NCBI GenBank assembly: GCA_003551675.1
Contig: PUNG01000062.1
Coordinates: 1-57,300 of the forward strand
DNA length: 57,300 bases
DNA from: Thermoplasmata archaeon
GTDB taxonomy: Archaea > Thermoplasmatota > Thermoplasmata > Halarchaeoplasmatales > Halarchaeoplasmataceae
Direction: 5' to 3'
In this document: positions 57,209-57,300 of the stretch, piece by piece
Position numbering within the stretch: the first letter of the stretch is position 1
Layout of the letters: each line of letters starts with the position of its first letter
Translations under genes and position numbers: made by a program
Notes under the pieces: model-generated
Databases searched by the model: none
The model's input: the letters and a program-made list of their open reading frames with translations, nothing else
Told to the model about the DNA's origin: nothing

Positions 57209-57300
57209 TTTAGGAGCGAAAAGGTTTTTTTTGAGCGAGTAAAGCGAGAGTGAACAGGAACTTTGTTCCTGTGGAACCCTCGCAAGTTGGAGCGAGTTTA

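Overview
Archaeal chromosomal segment: group II chaperonin, archaeal GAPDH, pelota, uS15, TrmY, Dph6, two BHB-intron tRNAs, TATA promoters and GGTGA/GGAGG ribosome-binding sites. The acidic proteome and gene types suggest a halophilic Thermoplasmatota lineage (inference). Most of the window is housekeeping: thermosome, two Kef-type antiporters, BtuFCD-like ABC transporter, glycine-cleavage L/T/H plus glyA, tldD/pmbA, nadABC, purB, gap, and tRNA-Gly/Glu/Leu. There is no CRISPR array, rRNA or intact transposase. Five things stand out. (1) A divergent metal locus at 42.1-46.3 kb has two truncated nicotianamine-synthase-like SAM enzymes, one fused through a Cys-rich linker to FeoA and followed by feoB, the other coupled to a flippase-like membrane protein; a perfect DtxR/SirR-type palindrome sits between their TATA boxes. 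(2) An archaeal protein carries a bacterial DnaA AAA+ core with altered catalytic motifs, placed between a DUF2226-like domain and a DUF835 domain. (3) A perfect 29-bp dispersed repeat with a parS-like core has a degenerate third copy near tRNA-Leu. (4) A CBS4-HPF ribosome-hibernation-type fusion. (5) A degenerate Mrr-nuclease/TPR/coiled-coil scaffold. All family assignments come from motif recognition by eye, not from database searches.
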